This document shows, in pieces, positions 17,601-27,911 of a DNA stretch of 64,000 nucleotides. The stretch is from a virus. Each line of letters starts with the position of its first letter. Positions within the stretch are counted from its first letter, which is position 1. The translations under genes were made by a program, and so were the position numbers. Location of the stretch: IMG/VR virus record IMGVR_UViG_3300032240_000659, positions 64,135-128,134 of that record. One strand, 5' to 3'. The notes under the pieces were generated by a model. That model saw nothing but the letters and a program-made list of their open reading frames with translations, searched no databases and was not told where the DNA came from.

Positions 17601-20600
17601 TGACACCGCGTACAATGATACAAGGCCACGACGGCAGTCAAGTTTTAGCCTATGGTGACTTTAGAGATGATTTAATTATTGAATTAGAAAAACGCATTTT
17701 TAACAATATTAAAGTTGAATATAATTCGTCTATCTATGACATTTACGATATTGTTCCTAGTTATAATAGAACAAATGATTACAGTATAACAGAATTTAAC
17801 GAAGTGTTAGCTCCTAGTTTCTACAAGTGGACTGCTCTTGTTGACAGAGATTTTACAAAACCGTTAAGTTTTGATAGATATAATCCTCTTACATTTAATT
17901 ATAGAGGGCATACAGCGCCTGACGGTAGAGAAGTTCCGGGTTATTGGAGAGGAATTTACAGATGGTTATATGATACCGACCGTCCAAATATTTGCCCATG
18001 GGAAATGTTAGGATTTACAATACAGCCAAGTTGGTGGGAACAATTATATGGACCTGCACCATATACCCGAGATAATCTAGTCATGTGGCAAGATATTTCT
18101 AACGGACTAGTTAAAGAACCTGGAAAACCCCCAGTTAAATTAGAAAAATTTGCTAAACCATTTTTAATGCAATGTATACCTGTTGACAGTAATGGTAGTA
18201 TATTAAATCCTATTGAAGCAGGAGCCGCCACCGGCATTATTACAGCCGCCACCCAGGGAGATTTTGTATTTGGTGATGTAAGCCCAATAGAAGCAGCCTG
18301 GAGAAGAAGCAGTCATTATCCATTTAGTGTAATGCTTGCTTCTATGTTATTAACACCTGCAAAGACATTTGGTGTGCTTCTTGATAGATCTCGAATTGTT
18401 AGAAATCTTGCCAACCAGTTGATTTATAAAGACACTGGTATTCGTGTAACGCCCGCAGATATTAAACTACCAAACTTGTTTTCAAGTTCATCGAGAGTAC
18501 AAACATCAGGTATTATTAACTATCTTGTAAATTATATTTTAAGTGACACATTAAAATCATATGAACAATATGTTTATGATTTAACTTATATTAATTTTAA
18601 ACTAAGTTACAGAGTTGGCGGATTTACAAGTAAAGAAAAGTTTAATCTACTGCTTGATTCTAGAAGTCCAATGTCAACTGGTAGCGTATTTGTTCCGCAA
18701 GAAAATTATGATATTATTTTAAACAGCTCAAGTCCTGTTAAGAAAATTACATATAGCGGTGTGATTATTACAAAAATGCAAGACGGTTTTGAAGTTAAAG
18801 GTTATACAAAAACTCGTCCGTATTTTAAATATTATCCATGGATAGAATCTGGTATCAATATCAATATTGGCGGAATATCAGAAGCATTTGTATCCTGGAC
18901 TAGCAGTCAAAAATATATTGCAGGAAAAATCGTAAAATATAGCAACAAATATTATAGAACACTAACAACACATACTTCAACAAGTGTATTTGAACCAGCG
19001 TACTATCAATCGTTGTCATCATTACCAGTAGTTGGCGGAAAAAATGCATACTTAAGAAAAACTTGGGATAGGACAGATCCTATAACCGTTCCATTTGGTA
19101 CCAAATTTAGAACAGTACAAGAAGTAGTAGATTTTCTTTTAGGTTACGGCGAGTATTTAAAAGACCAAGGATTTATATTTGATGATTTTAATAATGCATT
19201 AGCCCAGGTGACTAACTGGGAAACTAGTGCTAAAGAATTTTTATTCTGGACAACACAAAACTGGAGTTCAGGACAAGACAAGTGGGATGAGTGGTTACCA
19301 AACACTGCCACACCATACGAAGCAATTGTAAGATATAACGGAGATTATTACAGAGCTATTAAGTTGTCACAACCATCTCCGTTCTTTATAGAAGACGACT
19401 TTGTTAAATTAGATGGATTAAGTTCTATAGGTAGTAGTGTTATTACACTAAGTCCTGCAGCCGCAAAATTAACATTTAGTACAGTATACTGTGTAGTTGA
19501 GGACATTAAAAATCAATTTAACGGATATGAAATTTTTAAAGTTGACGGAACTCCTATCGCTCCTACTTTTTTAAATTCTTATAGAGAAGACAATTCAGTT
19601 AGTTATACTCCACGTGGCGACGATGGTATATACGGTGCTAGTTTTTATCTAGTTCAACGAGAACAAGTTGTTGTTATTGATAATACTACAATGTTTAACG
19701 ACATGTTATATAACTTAGAAAGCGGTTATAAGCAAGATAGAATTAAAGTTTCAGGTTATGTAAGTGTTGATTGGAAAGGATCTTTTGATGTTCCTGGGTT
19801 TATATTTGATCAAGCAAAAATTAACAATTGGGAATCTTGGCAAGATTATGCATTAGGTGATATTGTTAAACATAAAGAATTTTTTTATAGTGCTGGTAAA
19901 TTTTTGCCAGGCACAGAATCTTTTATTGCAACAGACTGGGTTAAGTTAGATAAAACTCCAACACCTAAATTAATACCAAACTGGAATTATAAAGCAAGTC
20001 AATTTGAAGATTTTTATAGTTTAGATAGCGATAATTTTGATGTAGGACAACAAAAAATTGCACAACATTTAATTGGTTATCAGAAACGCCAATACCTTGA
20101 AAATATTATCCAAGATGATGTTAGTGAATTTAAATTTTATCAAGGCATGATTATTGAAAAAGGCACACAAAATGTTTTAAACAAACTGTTTGATGTGCTA
20201 AGTGCTGAAAATCAAGAAAGTTTAAAATTCTATGAAGAGTGGGCATTGCGTGTTGGACAATACGGTGCTAACGGTTCTTATGAAAATATTGAATTTATTA
20301 TTAATGAAGCATTGTTTAAAAACAATCCTCAAGGATTTGAATTAGTTAATACTTTAAATTCAAAAGTAAATGATTTTGTAATACGTCAATTGCCGGCTGA
20401 TGTATATTTAAAACCACTTGGCTATAATTCTTCTCCTTGGCCACAAAATAAAAATTACACTCCGTTTTTAAGAACTGCAGGGCATGTAAGAGCTGACGAA
20501 GTTCTTCTTACATTAAAGTCTCTTGATAGTATCATTTCTGCAGATATTTCTAAATTTAAAAATAGTGATTGTGTGTGGTGTACATTTGACGTTAATAGTT

Positions 20601-23600
20601 GGAATGTTTACAGATATACTAATACTGATTACAGAGTAACTAGTGTTAATTTTAGTAGTGCATCTAAACAATTAACTGTCGTAGTTGATAAGTTAATTAA
20701 AGAAGCCGCCGGAGATTATATTGGTCTTGATGGTCTTACTGGATACTCTGCTTTTTATAAAGTTATTTCAGTTACATTAAATTCAATGATTTTATCTGGG
20801 CCAACAACGTTGCCTCCTGGTGAATTAACTGCTACAGGCAAAGCGGTTATTTCTAAATTTGTTTCTCAAAGAACTAGCTCTATTGATAATATTGATTCTA
20901 TTGTTCCTAATAAGTTAGTACCAGGAGAGTTAGTATGGGTAGACGATGCCGGTGACGGTAAATGGGCTACTTTAAAATATAATCCAGTATATTCAAGAGT
21001 TGAAGTATCTTCACCGGCACCTCAAGCTGGATTAGGGTTTGGTAAAACAATAGCATCTGATTATAAAGGATCAATTTTAGCTACATCTACAAACAACGGT
21101 GAATTATTAATATATTTAAAATCTGGTACAATGACCCCCTGGGTACAGCGAAGTACTATATCTGTACCTTACATTGCTTCAGGCTTTGATAACTCTTTAG
21201 TATCTACGGTATTAGCAATATCTCCAAATGGGCGTTGGTTAGTTACTGGTACACCGTTAGCATCTAATTCTAAAACTTCTGTGATAAATGGATTAACTGT
21301 TGCAGTCTCCACAGGCACTACTTCCGTTTTTACTAACCACGGTGCAATTACAATATATGAAAAAGATATTAATAACATCTATAATATTGTTGCTACTGTA
21401 CTAAGCCCATCACCTGCATCAAATGAGTTATTTGGGTCTAGCATTGTTTTAAGCGATGTTAACATTTTAGTCGGCGCACCTGGTACAAATAAAGTATATA
21501 AATTAAATTTTGGAACAGCCTGGACATATGATGTTTTAAGTACGTTAACAGGTGCTACTGGGTTTGGCACAAATCTTTCTTTAAGTTTTGATGCATCTAC
21601 TCTTGCAGTATCTGCAATTGGCCAAGTTACTGTTTATAAAGATGGACACAGTACTGTATTAAGTAACGGATCATCTGCTTTTGGCACCAGTATTAGTTTA
21701 TCATATACCGGCGACTTTATCGCTATATCCGATCCACTAGCAGATGGCAAACAAACAGATCAAGGTGCTGTTACAGTTTATGCCTACAATGGTACAACCT
21801 ATACTGTAAAACAAACGTTGGTAAATTATAATCCAGAGACAGCAGAACTGTTTGGAACTACTGTAAAATTTATGAATGATTATAAAACATTAGTCGTTTA
21901 TACCGCCAATGCCGATAGTGTTATAGATACAACATTTGATGCAGATCAAACTTTGCATCCCACAGAGTCTGGAAATTCAACAACATTAGATAGTAGTGCT
22001 ACTACGATTATTACAAAAAAAATAAATGGCGGTAGGGTTGATATCTATGATTTATATTCAACTAAATGGGTCTATAGCGAAAGTTTAGAAAATTTAGGCG
22101 ATACTTCTGATAGATTTGCTCAAGGGCTTGCAGTATTTGCTAACGGTATATTAGTTGGTGCTCCGGCAACATATAATCAAAATTTAATTTCTGGCAAAGT
22201 ATATTTTTATACAAAAGATATTAATACATATACTTGGTCTGTACTACATAAAGAAATTAATAAACCTGATGTGTTTAAAATTAAGAGAGCATTTATCTAT
22301 AATAAACCAGCAAATAAATTGCTAACATATCTAGATGTAGTTGATCCAATTCAAGGAAAAATTCCTGGTATAGCTGAAAAAGAAATCAAATTTAAAACGT
22401 TTTATGATCCAGCAATATACTCTGTAGGATCTGCATCTGTTAATGTAGACGAAGGAATGGCGTGGTCGATAAATCAAGTAGGGGCCTTATGGTGGGATTT
22501 AAGAACTGCTAAATTTGTTAACAGTTATGATACTGATATTGTTTATAGAAATAGCACATGGAATACTCTTGCTGTTGGAGCAAGCATTGATGTATATGAA
22601 TGGGCACAGTCTAGTTTAAAACCGTCAGAGTGGGATGCACAAGCTGATACCGAAGCAGGAGTTGCAATTGGTATTAGTGGTAAAACTCTCTACGGAGACA
22701 CAGTTTATAGTACAAGTATTCGTTACGATTCTATTAGTAAATCAAAAAAAACAACATACTATTACTGGGTAAAAAATAAAAAAACAATACCTGCACTTCC
22801 TTTTAGAAATATGTCAGCACAAGATGTTGCAAACATTATTGCAAATCCACGAGGCGAAGGTTACAAGTATCTTGCTTTGACAGGTTTAAATTCTTTTAGT
22901 CTTGTTAATGTTAAGAGTTTACTAAGTGCAGAAGAAACAATTCTTTCAGTTGAATATTGGACTGTTGATAAAATTGATCAGAATGTTCATACACAATGGG
23001 CAATTATCAGTGAAGATTCCCCAACCTTGCCTGCAACTATTGAACAAAAATGGTTTGATAGTTTATGCGGTAAAGACAGCTACGGAAGACAAGTTCCTGA
23101 TATTACACTACCTATCAAATTAAGATATGGTGTTGAAAATCGCCCACGTCAAAGTATGTTTGTTAATAGGTTTGAAGCATTGAAACAATTAGTTGAACAA
23201 GCTAATTTATTTTTAATAGAAAAGCAAATTGTAACAACTAGAAATATTTCAGCATTAAACAGATATGACGCTGAACCAAAAATAGTTACAGTTGACGGTA
23301 TTACTGATGTGCCTAGCGGGTTGTACGACAAAATAATTGATACTGATGCAGAATTAAATTATACAAATTTTATTTCGTATCAAAAACCAAATCTAGAACC
23401 AATTATTGTTAATGGAAGAATCACCGGAGTCAATATTATTTCTAAAGGTGCTGGCTACATTTATGCTCCATACATTACAATTCATGGTTCGGGTGTAAAT
23501 GCAAATATACGCACAATTATTAATGAACAAGGTCAAATTATTGGTGCTAATATTATTTCTAGCGGTACTGGATATGACAGTAATACATTATTAATTGTTA

Positions 23601-26600
23601 GAGATTTTTCTGTATTAGTACATAGTGATAGTCAGGCTGCGGGCGCATGGAGCATTTACTCATACGACCCTACAAACAACATATGGTCAAGAATTGTTTC
23701 TCAAACATACGATGTTAGAAACTACTGGAAAAAAGTTGATTGGTATGCAACTGGGTATAGCCAATTTACAGCAATTAATATTGCAGTCAACACGTTAGTT
23801 GATTTACAAGATACAGATATTAAAGTTGGAGAAGTTGTAAAAGTAAAAACAACAAATAACGGTACTTGGTTATTATTAGAAAAATACTCAAACATTGTAT
23901 CAGTTGATTGGACTCTTTCTTATAAAGTAGTTGGGATTGAAAATGGAACAATACAACTGACATCTAATCTTTATAAGTTTGTTGGCTCTAATGTTGGCTA
24001 TGATGCTGTATTATATGACGGCGGTGTATTTGACAACGTAGCAGCCAATGAATTAAAAATTATTCTTAATGCTTTAAGAGACGATATACTAGTTGATGAT
24101 TTAAAATCTCAATATTTAAATTTATTCTTTACTAGCGTAAGATATGCATTGAGTGAACAACTATATATTGATTGGATTTTTAAAACTAGTTTTGTAAAAT
24201 CAAAACATTTAGTTGGAGATTTACATCAGGCAGTTACATTTAAAAATGATAACTTGTCAAATTTTGAAGATTATATTTCTGAAGTTACCCCTTACAGAAC
24301 AAAAATTAGAGAATTTATAAGTTCATACACAAAAATAGATAATTCTCAATCTGTTGTAACAGATTTTGATTTACCACCTACCTATAATGCAGAAACAGAT
24401 ACAGTATCATCAATATTAACCTATACTTCAAATGCTGGAATAGAAGTAGGAGATTCTGCAATAAGATCTTACCCATGGAAAAATTGGTTTGATAATGTTG
24501 GATTTAAAGTAACCGATATTAAAATAGTAGACGGCGGCACTGGCTATATTTCTCAACCAGTTGTTAAAATTGTTGGAACTTCTCGAACCCCGGCATCAGC
24601 TACGGCATATATTGCTAACGGAAAAGTTAACAGAGTTGTATTAGTAACTAGCGGTGATGGATATTTAAAAGCCCCTACAATTTTGCTTGATGGAGGATTA
24701 TCATCATCGGGTATAGCTGGAAGGGCAGTAGCAATTATTTCCGATGGAACAACTCGCTCTTCATTAATTAAAATGAAATTTGATAGAATAACTAGTACTT
24801 ATTTTATTACACAGCTTCAAGAAACTGAAACATTTACCGGGATATATTCAAAAAAACAATTTCCATTAACATGGGCACCAAATACAAGAATTGGACAATC
24901 ATCTGTTACAATTAACGGTGTTGAGGTACTACGAGATGATTATACATTATCAATTGTTAAGTCTACATCTAGAGGATACACATCATATTCCGGCTCATTA
25001 ATATTCAATACTGCACCTCTTGCAAATACGTCTATCTCTATAACATATTTGAAAGATTGGAGTTTGTTAAATGCAGCCGATCGAATTCAATATTATTATA
25101 ATCCTACAACTGGGCAATTAGGTAAAGATTTATCACAATTAATGACAGGCATCGATTACGGTGGTGTTATTGTTAATAGTTTAGGATTTGATCTTAATTA
25201 TGGTTGGGGTGCCGCTGGTTGGTATACTGATAGATGGGATAGCTATGATTCTGAATTTGATGATTATATTAAAACAGTTGACGGCAGTACTCATAGTTTT
25301 ACGTTACCATATGTGCCGGACTCTGGTACAGTTTTAAACATTTATTATTCTAAAGTAGGTACAACATCTTTTGTACGGCTTGATGATCCGTATTATGGAA
25401 CAGTAAATCAAACAAATGTCAATGCAATAATGATGCCCGTTATAGCAGACGGAACATTAGCAACGGTTACTATTCCTGGAACATTTGCTGTTAGTGCAGG
25501 CGATTCATTTATTATTAGAAAAATTACTAGTGATGGTTCTCTTAAATTTAATGAATTAGATTACGATACGGCATTAAGTGGCGGAGAACTAGCTGAATAC
25601 AGTTCTGCTACCGGGTTACGTGCTGATGATATTATAGTCGACGGCGACGAATTTAACAGCCAAATAACAAATAGTGGTCCAGAGGAAGTTGTTCCTGGAC
25701 AAGTAATTGACTCTGTTGCAATTAAAGTTTATGATCGACTAGCCTCCGGCTCTGCAAATATACATGTTGACAATTATTTTGCAAACGGTACAGATAAAAT
25801 TTTTCCAATAACACAAACAATAAACAGCAACCAGGCTGCGTTTGTTAAAATTAATTCTGTTATTAAAAATTTAGTAGATGATTACTCTATTGATTATAAA
25901 AATAAATCAATTGTTTTTGTTAGTGCTCCTGCTGCCGGAAGTCTAGTGTCTATTTTTAGTTTTGGTTTTAGCGGTTCTAATATTTTAGATGTTGATTATT
26001 TTATTGCTGACGGTGTTTCAGCAGAATTTATTACTAAGGCACCTTGGGTTTCTTCTGTAAAATCTTTAGTTTATATAAACGGAATACCAGTCAATGTTGT
26101 ATTGTTTAAAACAGATAATACATACGATACGTATAATCGAATTGGAATTAGATTCTCTCAAGTACCAGTAGTGGGAGATGTAATTAATTTTATTATTGTT
26201 AGCGGATCAGAACAAACATTTTCTATTACTAAAACTGAAAAAATTTCAGCTAACGGTAGTTTAACATATATTTTACAAAATCAAATAGGCAACACATTGC
26301 CTGCAGAAGCTAACATGATTGTTAGAGTTAATCAAACAATTCTTAAAGGTCCGGACACTAGTTATTTTACTATTAAGAGTAATAGATTAAATTATCAACT
26401 ACATCCAGTTAGGTTTCCTAAACTAGGAGTTGATGCTAATCGTATTACTGTGTATGCTGCCGGAGAATTACTAGCAGTTGGTTACGATTATATTGTAGAT
26501 TTAACAGGTATTACTATAAAAATTAATAAAAATACATATGCCAAGTATTCTGGAAAAACACTATCAGTAGTAGTTTCTAAAGATAATGAATATACTTACA

Positions 26601-27910
26601 ATTCTGCAAATAACTCAATTACATTTGCAACAGCATATACTAGTGGAGATCGTGTAGAAGTAACATCGTTTTATAAACATGATGTACTTGGAATTCAACG
26701 TTCTAATTTTAACATAACTGTAAATGCTGATCTAGTTGCAGATACTGTAGATTATTTCACATATAAAAATTTACTAGGCGGAACATTTCCTTTAGAAAGA
26801 GCCGTTATAGGAATTGAATATGTTTGGGTTACCAAGAACAATCAATTATTGACTCAAGGCGCTGATTATAAATTATTAGACGATATGCAAACAATTGTAT
26901 TAACTGTATATCCTACTATAGGAGATGTATACAGTGTAATAACATATGGCAGCAATGTGTTAAAGCCTGGAATTGCATACATGCAATTTAAAGATATGCT
27001 AAATCGTGTTCATTATAAGAGATTAAATTTTAATAAGAGAACATATCTTTCTAAAAATTTAAAATACGGTGATTTAACAATTGAGGTGGTTGATGGATCA
27101 ATTCTTGATTATCCTTCAATAGCTTTAAATACTCCAGGAGTAATTGAAATTCGTGGAGAGCGTATCGAATATTTTACAAAAACTGGAAATGTCCTTGGGC
27201 AACTACGTCGAGGTACTTTAGGAACTGGCACTCCTTTAGTCCACAATACAGGCTCATATGTTCAAGATATTGGGCGCTCAGAAACAGTTCCATACATAGA
27301 TACTGCATCTACCGAACAAATAGTCTCTGATGGTACTACAATAGTTCCAATATCATTTGCTCCAGCTAGCGTAGACGAAATTGAAGTATTTGTTGGAGGT
27401 TATGACACTACAACAATTTGGGAACCTGCAACAGCCTATATAGTTGATACTATTGTTAATCATGGCAGTTACATGTTCAGATGTATAACTGCTCATACAA
27501 GTTCAACAACATTTAACTTAGATTCTGCAAAGTGGAAATTATTTGTAGGAAATATTCGACTACAAAAGAAATCTTATAGTGTTTTTAATATTAATAATGC
27601 TCCTGAAAGTCCAGAAGGTGATGTAATATTGCTTGCTGATTTTACAGTAGACGGTACTAGCAAAAAAATTATATTAACAAACAAATTAATAACTGGCACA
27701 CTTGTTACAGTTATTAAAAAGTCAGGAGTAGCCTGGGATGACTCTACTAACATTATGGAATCTACAGGTAAGATAGCTGAGTTTATTAATGCTCAACCGG
27801 GTGTATGGTACACTGATATGAAACAAGTATCTGTAAATACAGTTAGAAGTTTTGATAGCGGTTTAGGAACATTTGACAGCAGCTCACAAACATTCGATCA
27901 AGGAAATTAA
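14609..27910 (+). CDS. Giant (4433 aa) baseplate/adhesin protein in the gp7 position, multidomain
   Basis: Uninterrupted 13.3-kb ORF after gp6. N-terminal LP.FYKTD.NKKFL..TLDQL resembles gp7-type starts. Contains CBM5/12-like, FG-GAP-like and GxGY repeats. Confidence 0.7.
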   Translation: MADSINPYEGKITASNFLPRFYKTDTNKKFLQATLDQLIVNGTVKKVNGYIGRQNSKATVGSDIFLKTPTTTRQNYQLEPGMVIKDTLGNTTFFKDYQDYINQLGVFGANTDNHARINKQEFYSWDPHINWDKFIDFQNYYWLPYGPDVIKIYGKEQEIASEYTVVVESELDSNEYLFTPNGLTRNPTLKLFRGKTYTFDINSPGNPFSFKTTRTAGSLDRYITETLNVAAVEKGVITFTIPVNAPDILYYVSETDINLGGVIHILSATENSYIDVESELLGKKTYTLSTGVQLSNGMKLQFGGNVFPKSYASDKFYVEGVGTAIKLVKESTLNFVSSYTVSKSVPFESVPFDQGPFSNTTSYAGHLDYIVINRSSKDQNPWSRHNRWFHKDVINASATFNGKVAEYDQSFRAVRPIIEFEADLKLFNYGTIAVGDVDLVDTFTKDVFSTVEGAVGYNIDNSTVVNGQRILFTADTDSRVKNKIFKVEFVTVNSPSGSLVRQIHLVEETLPVTNQVILVKQGLKNSGQSYWFNGNTWNLTQQKIKPNQAPLFDVFDSDGVSYGDTVTYNGSTFAGTTIFSYAVGTYYDDKLGFNIKYKNINNFGDIVFNFDLLMDEFQYKQNTDVNIQNINVGYLAKSVDLTTVNYVNGWQLNLLKTVQAAVRIYKNSNLTNNFSIDIFDDITNLTDLVVRVYVNGIRVDSSKWSVIDAPTYKQVVFNAPVAIDDVVTIKTFARQPINNNGYYEIPINLQNNPKNGQITEFTLGEVSDHVNSIVDNLSNFTGTFPGSNNLRDLGNITPYGTKFVQHSGPFGLSLYHITSETNNIVKSLEKARDDYNNFKRNFIAVANKLGLDADPVRQVNEILKIINKDKPNTAPYYFSDMVPYGASIKNTYTVVDYRIKTYPLSTTFNLDTLSNKAVSIYLNGLQPPTGTQLLYGKDYTFDSQGFFVLSDTVPLQNDDTLTVIEFESTDGCFVPETPTKLGIWPKYEPKVYVDSSLVTPRTMIQGHDGSQVLAYGDFRDDLIIELEKRIFNNIKVEYNSSIYDIYDIVPSYNRTNDYSITEFNEVLAPSFYKWTALVDRDFTKPLSFDRYNPLTFNYRGHTAPDGREVPGYWRGIYRWLYDTDRPNICPWEMLGFTIQPSWWEQLYGPAPYTRDNLVMWQDISNGLVKEPGKPPVKLEKFAKPFLMQCIPVDSNGSILNPIEAGAATGIITAATQGDFVFGDVSPIEAAWRRSSHYPFSVMLASMLLTPAKTFGVLLDRSRIVRNLANQLIYKDTGIRVTPADIKLPNLFSSSSRVQTSGIINYLVNYILSDTLKSYEQYVYDLTYINFKLSYRVGGFTSKEKFNLLLDSRSPMSTGSVFVPQENYDIILNSSSPVKKITYSGVIITKMQDGFEVKGYTKTRPYFKYYPWIESGININIGGISEAFVSWTSSQKYIAGKIVKYSNKYYRTLTTHTSTSVFEPAYYQSLSSLPVVGGKNAYLRKTWDRTDPITVPFGTKFRTVQEVVDFLLGYGEYLKDQGFIFDDFNNALAQVTNWETSAKEFLFWTTQNWSSGQDKWDEWLPNTATPYEAIVRYNGDYYRAIKLSQPSPFFIEDDFVKLDGLSSIGSSVITLSPAAAKLTFSTVYCVVEDIKNQFNGYEIFKVDGTPIAPTFLNSYREDNSVSYTPRGDDGIYGASFYLVQREQVVVIDNTTMFNDMLYNLESGYKQDRIKVSGYVSVDWKGSFDVPGFIFDQAKINNWESWQDYALGDIVKHKEFFYSAGKFLPGTESFIATDWVKLDKTPTPKLIPNWNYKASQFEDFYSLDSDNFDVGQQKIAQHLIGYQKRQYLENIIQDDVSEFKFYQGMIIEKGTQNVLNKLFDVLSAENQESLKFYEEWALRVGQYGANGSYENIEFIINEALFKNNPQGFELVNTLNSKVNDFVIRQLPADVYLKPLGYNSSPWPQNKNYTPFLRTAGHVRADEVLLTLKSLDSIISADISKFKNSDCVWCTFDVNSWNVYRYTNTDYRVTSVNFSSASKQLTVVVDKLIKEAAGDYIGLDGLTGYSAFYKVISVTLNSMILSGPTTLPPGELTATGKAVISKFVSQRTSSIDNIDSIVPNKLVPGELVWVDDAGDGKWATLKYNPVYSRVEVSSPAPQAGLGFGKTIASDYKGSILATSTNNGELLIYLKSGTMTPWVQRSTISVPYIASGFDNSLVSTVLAISPNGRWLVTGTPLASNSKTSVINGLTVAVSTGTTSVFTNHGAITIYEKDINNIYNIVATVLSPSPASNELFGSSIVLSDVNILVGAPGTNKVYKLNFGTAWTYDVLSTLTGATGFGTNLSLSFDASTLAVSAIGQVTVYKDGHSTVLSNGSSAFGTSISLSYTGDFIAISDPLADGKQTDQGAVTVYAYNGTTYTVKQTLVNYNPETAELFGTTVKFMNDYKTLVVYTANADSVIDTTFDADQTLHPTESGNSTTLDSSATTIITKKINGGRVDIYDLYSTKWVYSESLENLGDTSDRFAQGLAVFANGILVGAPATYNQNLISGKVYFYTKDINTYTWSVLHKEINKPDVFKIKRAFIYNKPANKLLTYLDVVDPIQGKIPGIAEKEIKFKTFYDPAIYSVGSASVNVDEGMAWSINQVGALWWDLRTAKFVNSYDTDIVYRNSTWNTLAVGASIDVYEWAQSSLKPSEWDAQADTEAGVAIGISGKTLYGDTVYSTSIRYDSISKSKKTTYYYWVKNKKTIPALPFRNMSAQDVANIIANPRGEGYKYLALTGLNSFSLVNVKSLLSAEETILSVEYWTVDKIDQNVHTQWAIISEDSPTLPATIEQKWFDSLCGKDSYGRQVPDITLPIKLRYGVENRPRQSMFVNRFEALKQLVEQANLFLIEKQIVTTRNISALNRYDAEPKIVTVDGITDVPSGLYDKIIDTDAELNYTNFISYQKPNLEPIIVNGRITGVNIISKGAGYIYAPYITIHGSGVNANIRTIINEQGQIIGANIISSGTGYDSNTLLIVRDFSVLVHSDSQAAGAWSIYSYDPTNNIWSRIVSQTYDVRNYWKKVDWYATGYSQFTAINIAVNTLVDLQDTDIKVGEVVKVKTTNNGTWLLLEKYSNIVSVDWTLSYKVVGIENGTIQLTSNLYKFVGSNVGYDAVLYDGGVFDNVAANELKIILNALRDDILVDDLKSQYLNLFFTSVRYALSEQLYIDWIFKTSFVKSKHLVGDLHQAVTFKNDNLSNFEDYISEVTPYRTKIREFISSYTKIDNSQSVVTDFDLPPTYNAETDTVSSILTYTSNAGIEVGDSAIRSYPWKNWFDNVGFKVTDIKIVDGGTGYISQPVVKIVGTSRTPASATAYIANGKVNRVVLVTSGDGYLKAPTILLDGGLSSSGIAGRAVAIISDGTTRSSLIKMKFDRITSTYFITQLQETETFTGIYSKKQFPLTWAPNTRIGQSSVTINGVEVLRDDYTLSIVKSTSRGYTSYSGSLIFNTAPLANTSISITYLKDWSLLNAADRIQYYYNPTTGQLGKDLSQLMTGIDYGGVIVNSLGFDLNYGWGAAGWYTDRWDSYDSEFDDYIKTVDGSTHSFTLPYVPDSGTVLNIYYSKVGTTSFVRLDDPYYGTVNQTNVNAIMMPVIADGTLATVTIPGTFAVSAGDSFIIRKITSDGSLKFNELDYDTALSGGELAEYSSATGLRADDIIVDGDEFNSQITNSGPEEVVPGQVIDSVAIKVYDRLASGSANIHVDNYFANGTDKIFPITQTINSNQAAFVKINSVIKNLVDDYSIDYKNKSIVFVSAPAAGSLVSIFSFGFSGSNILDVDYFIADGVSAEFITKAPWVSSVKSLVYINGIPVNVVLFKTDNTYDTYNRIGIRFSQVPVVGDVINFIIVSGSEQTFSITKTEKISANGSLTYILQNQIGNTLPAEANMIVRVNQTILKGPDTSYFTIKSNRLNYQLHPVRFPKLGVDANRITVYAAGELLAVGYDYIVDLTGITIKINKNTYAKYSGKTLSVVVSKDNEYTYNSANNSITFATAYTSGDRVEVTSFYKHDVLGIQRSNFNITVNADLVADTVDYFTYKNLLGGTFPLERAVIGIEYVWVTKNNQLLTQGADYKLLDDMQTIVLTVYPTIGDVYSVITYGSNVLKPGIAYMQFKDMLNRVHYKRLNFNKRTYLSKNLKYGDLTIEVVDGSILDYPSIALNTPGVIEIRGERIEYFTKTGNVLGQLRRGTLGTGTPLVHNTGSYVQDIGRSETVPYIDTASTEQIVSDGTTIVPISFAPASVDEIEVFVGGYDTTTIWEPATAYIVDTIVNHGSYMFRCITAHTSSTTFNLDSAKWKLFVGNIRLQKKSYSVFNINNAPESPEGDVILLADFTVDGTSKKIILTNKLITGTLVTVIKKSGVAWDDSTNIMESTGKIAEFINAQPGVWYTDMKQVSVNTVRSFDSGLGTFDSSSQTFDQGN

Positions 27911-27911
27911 A

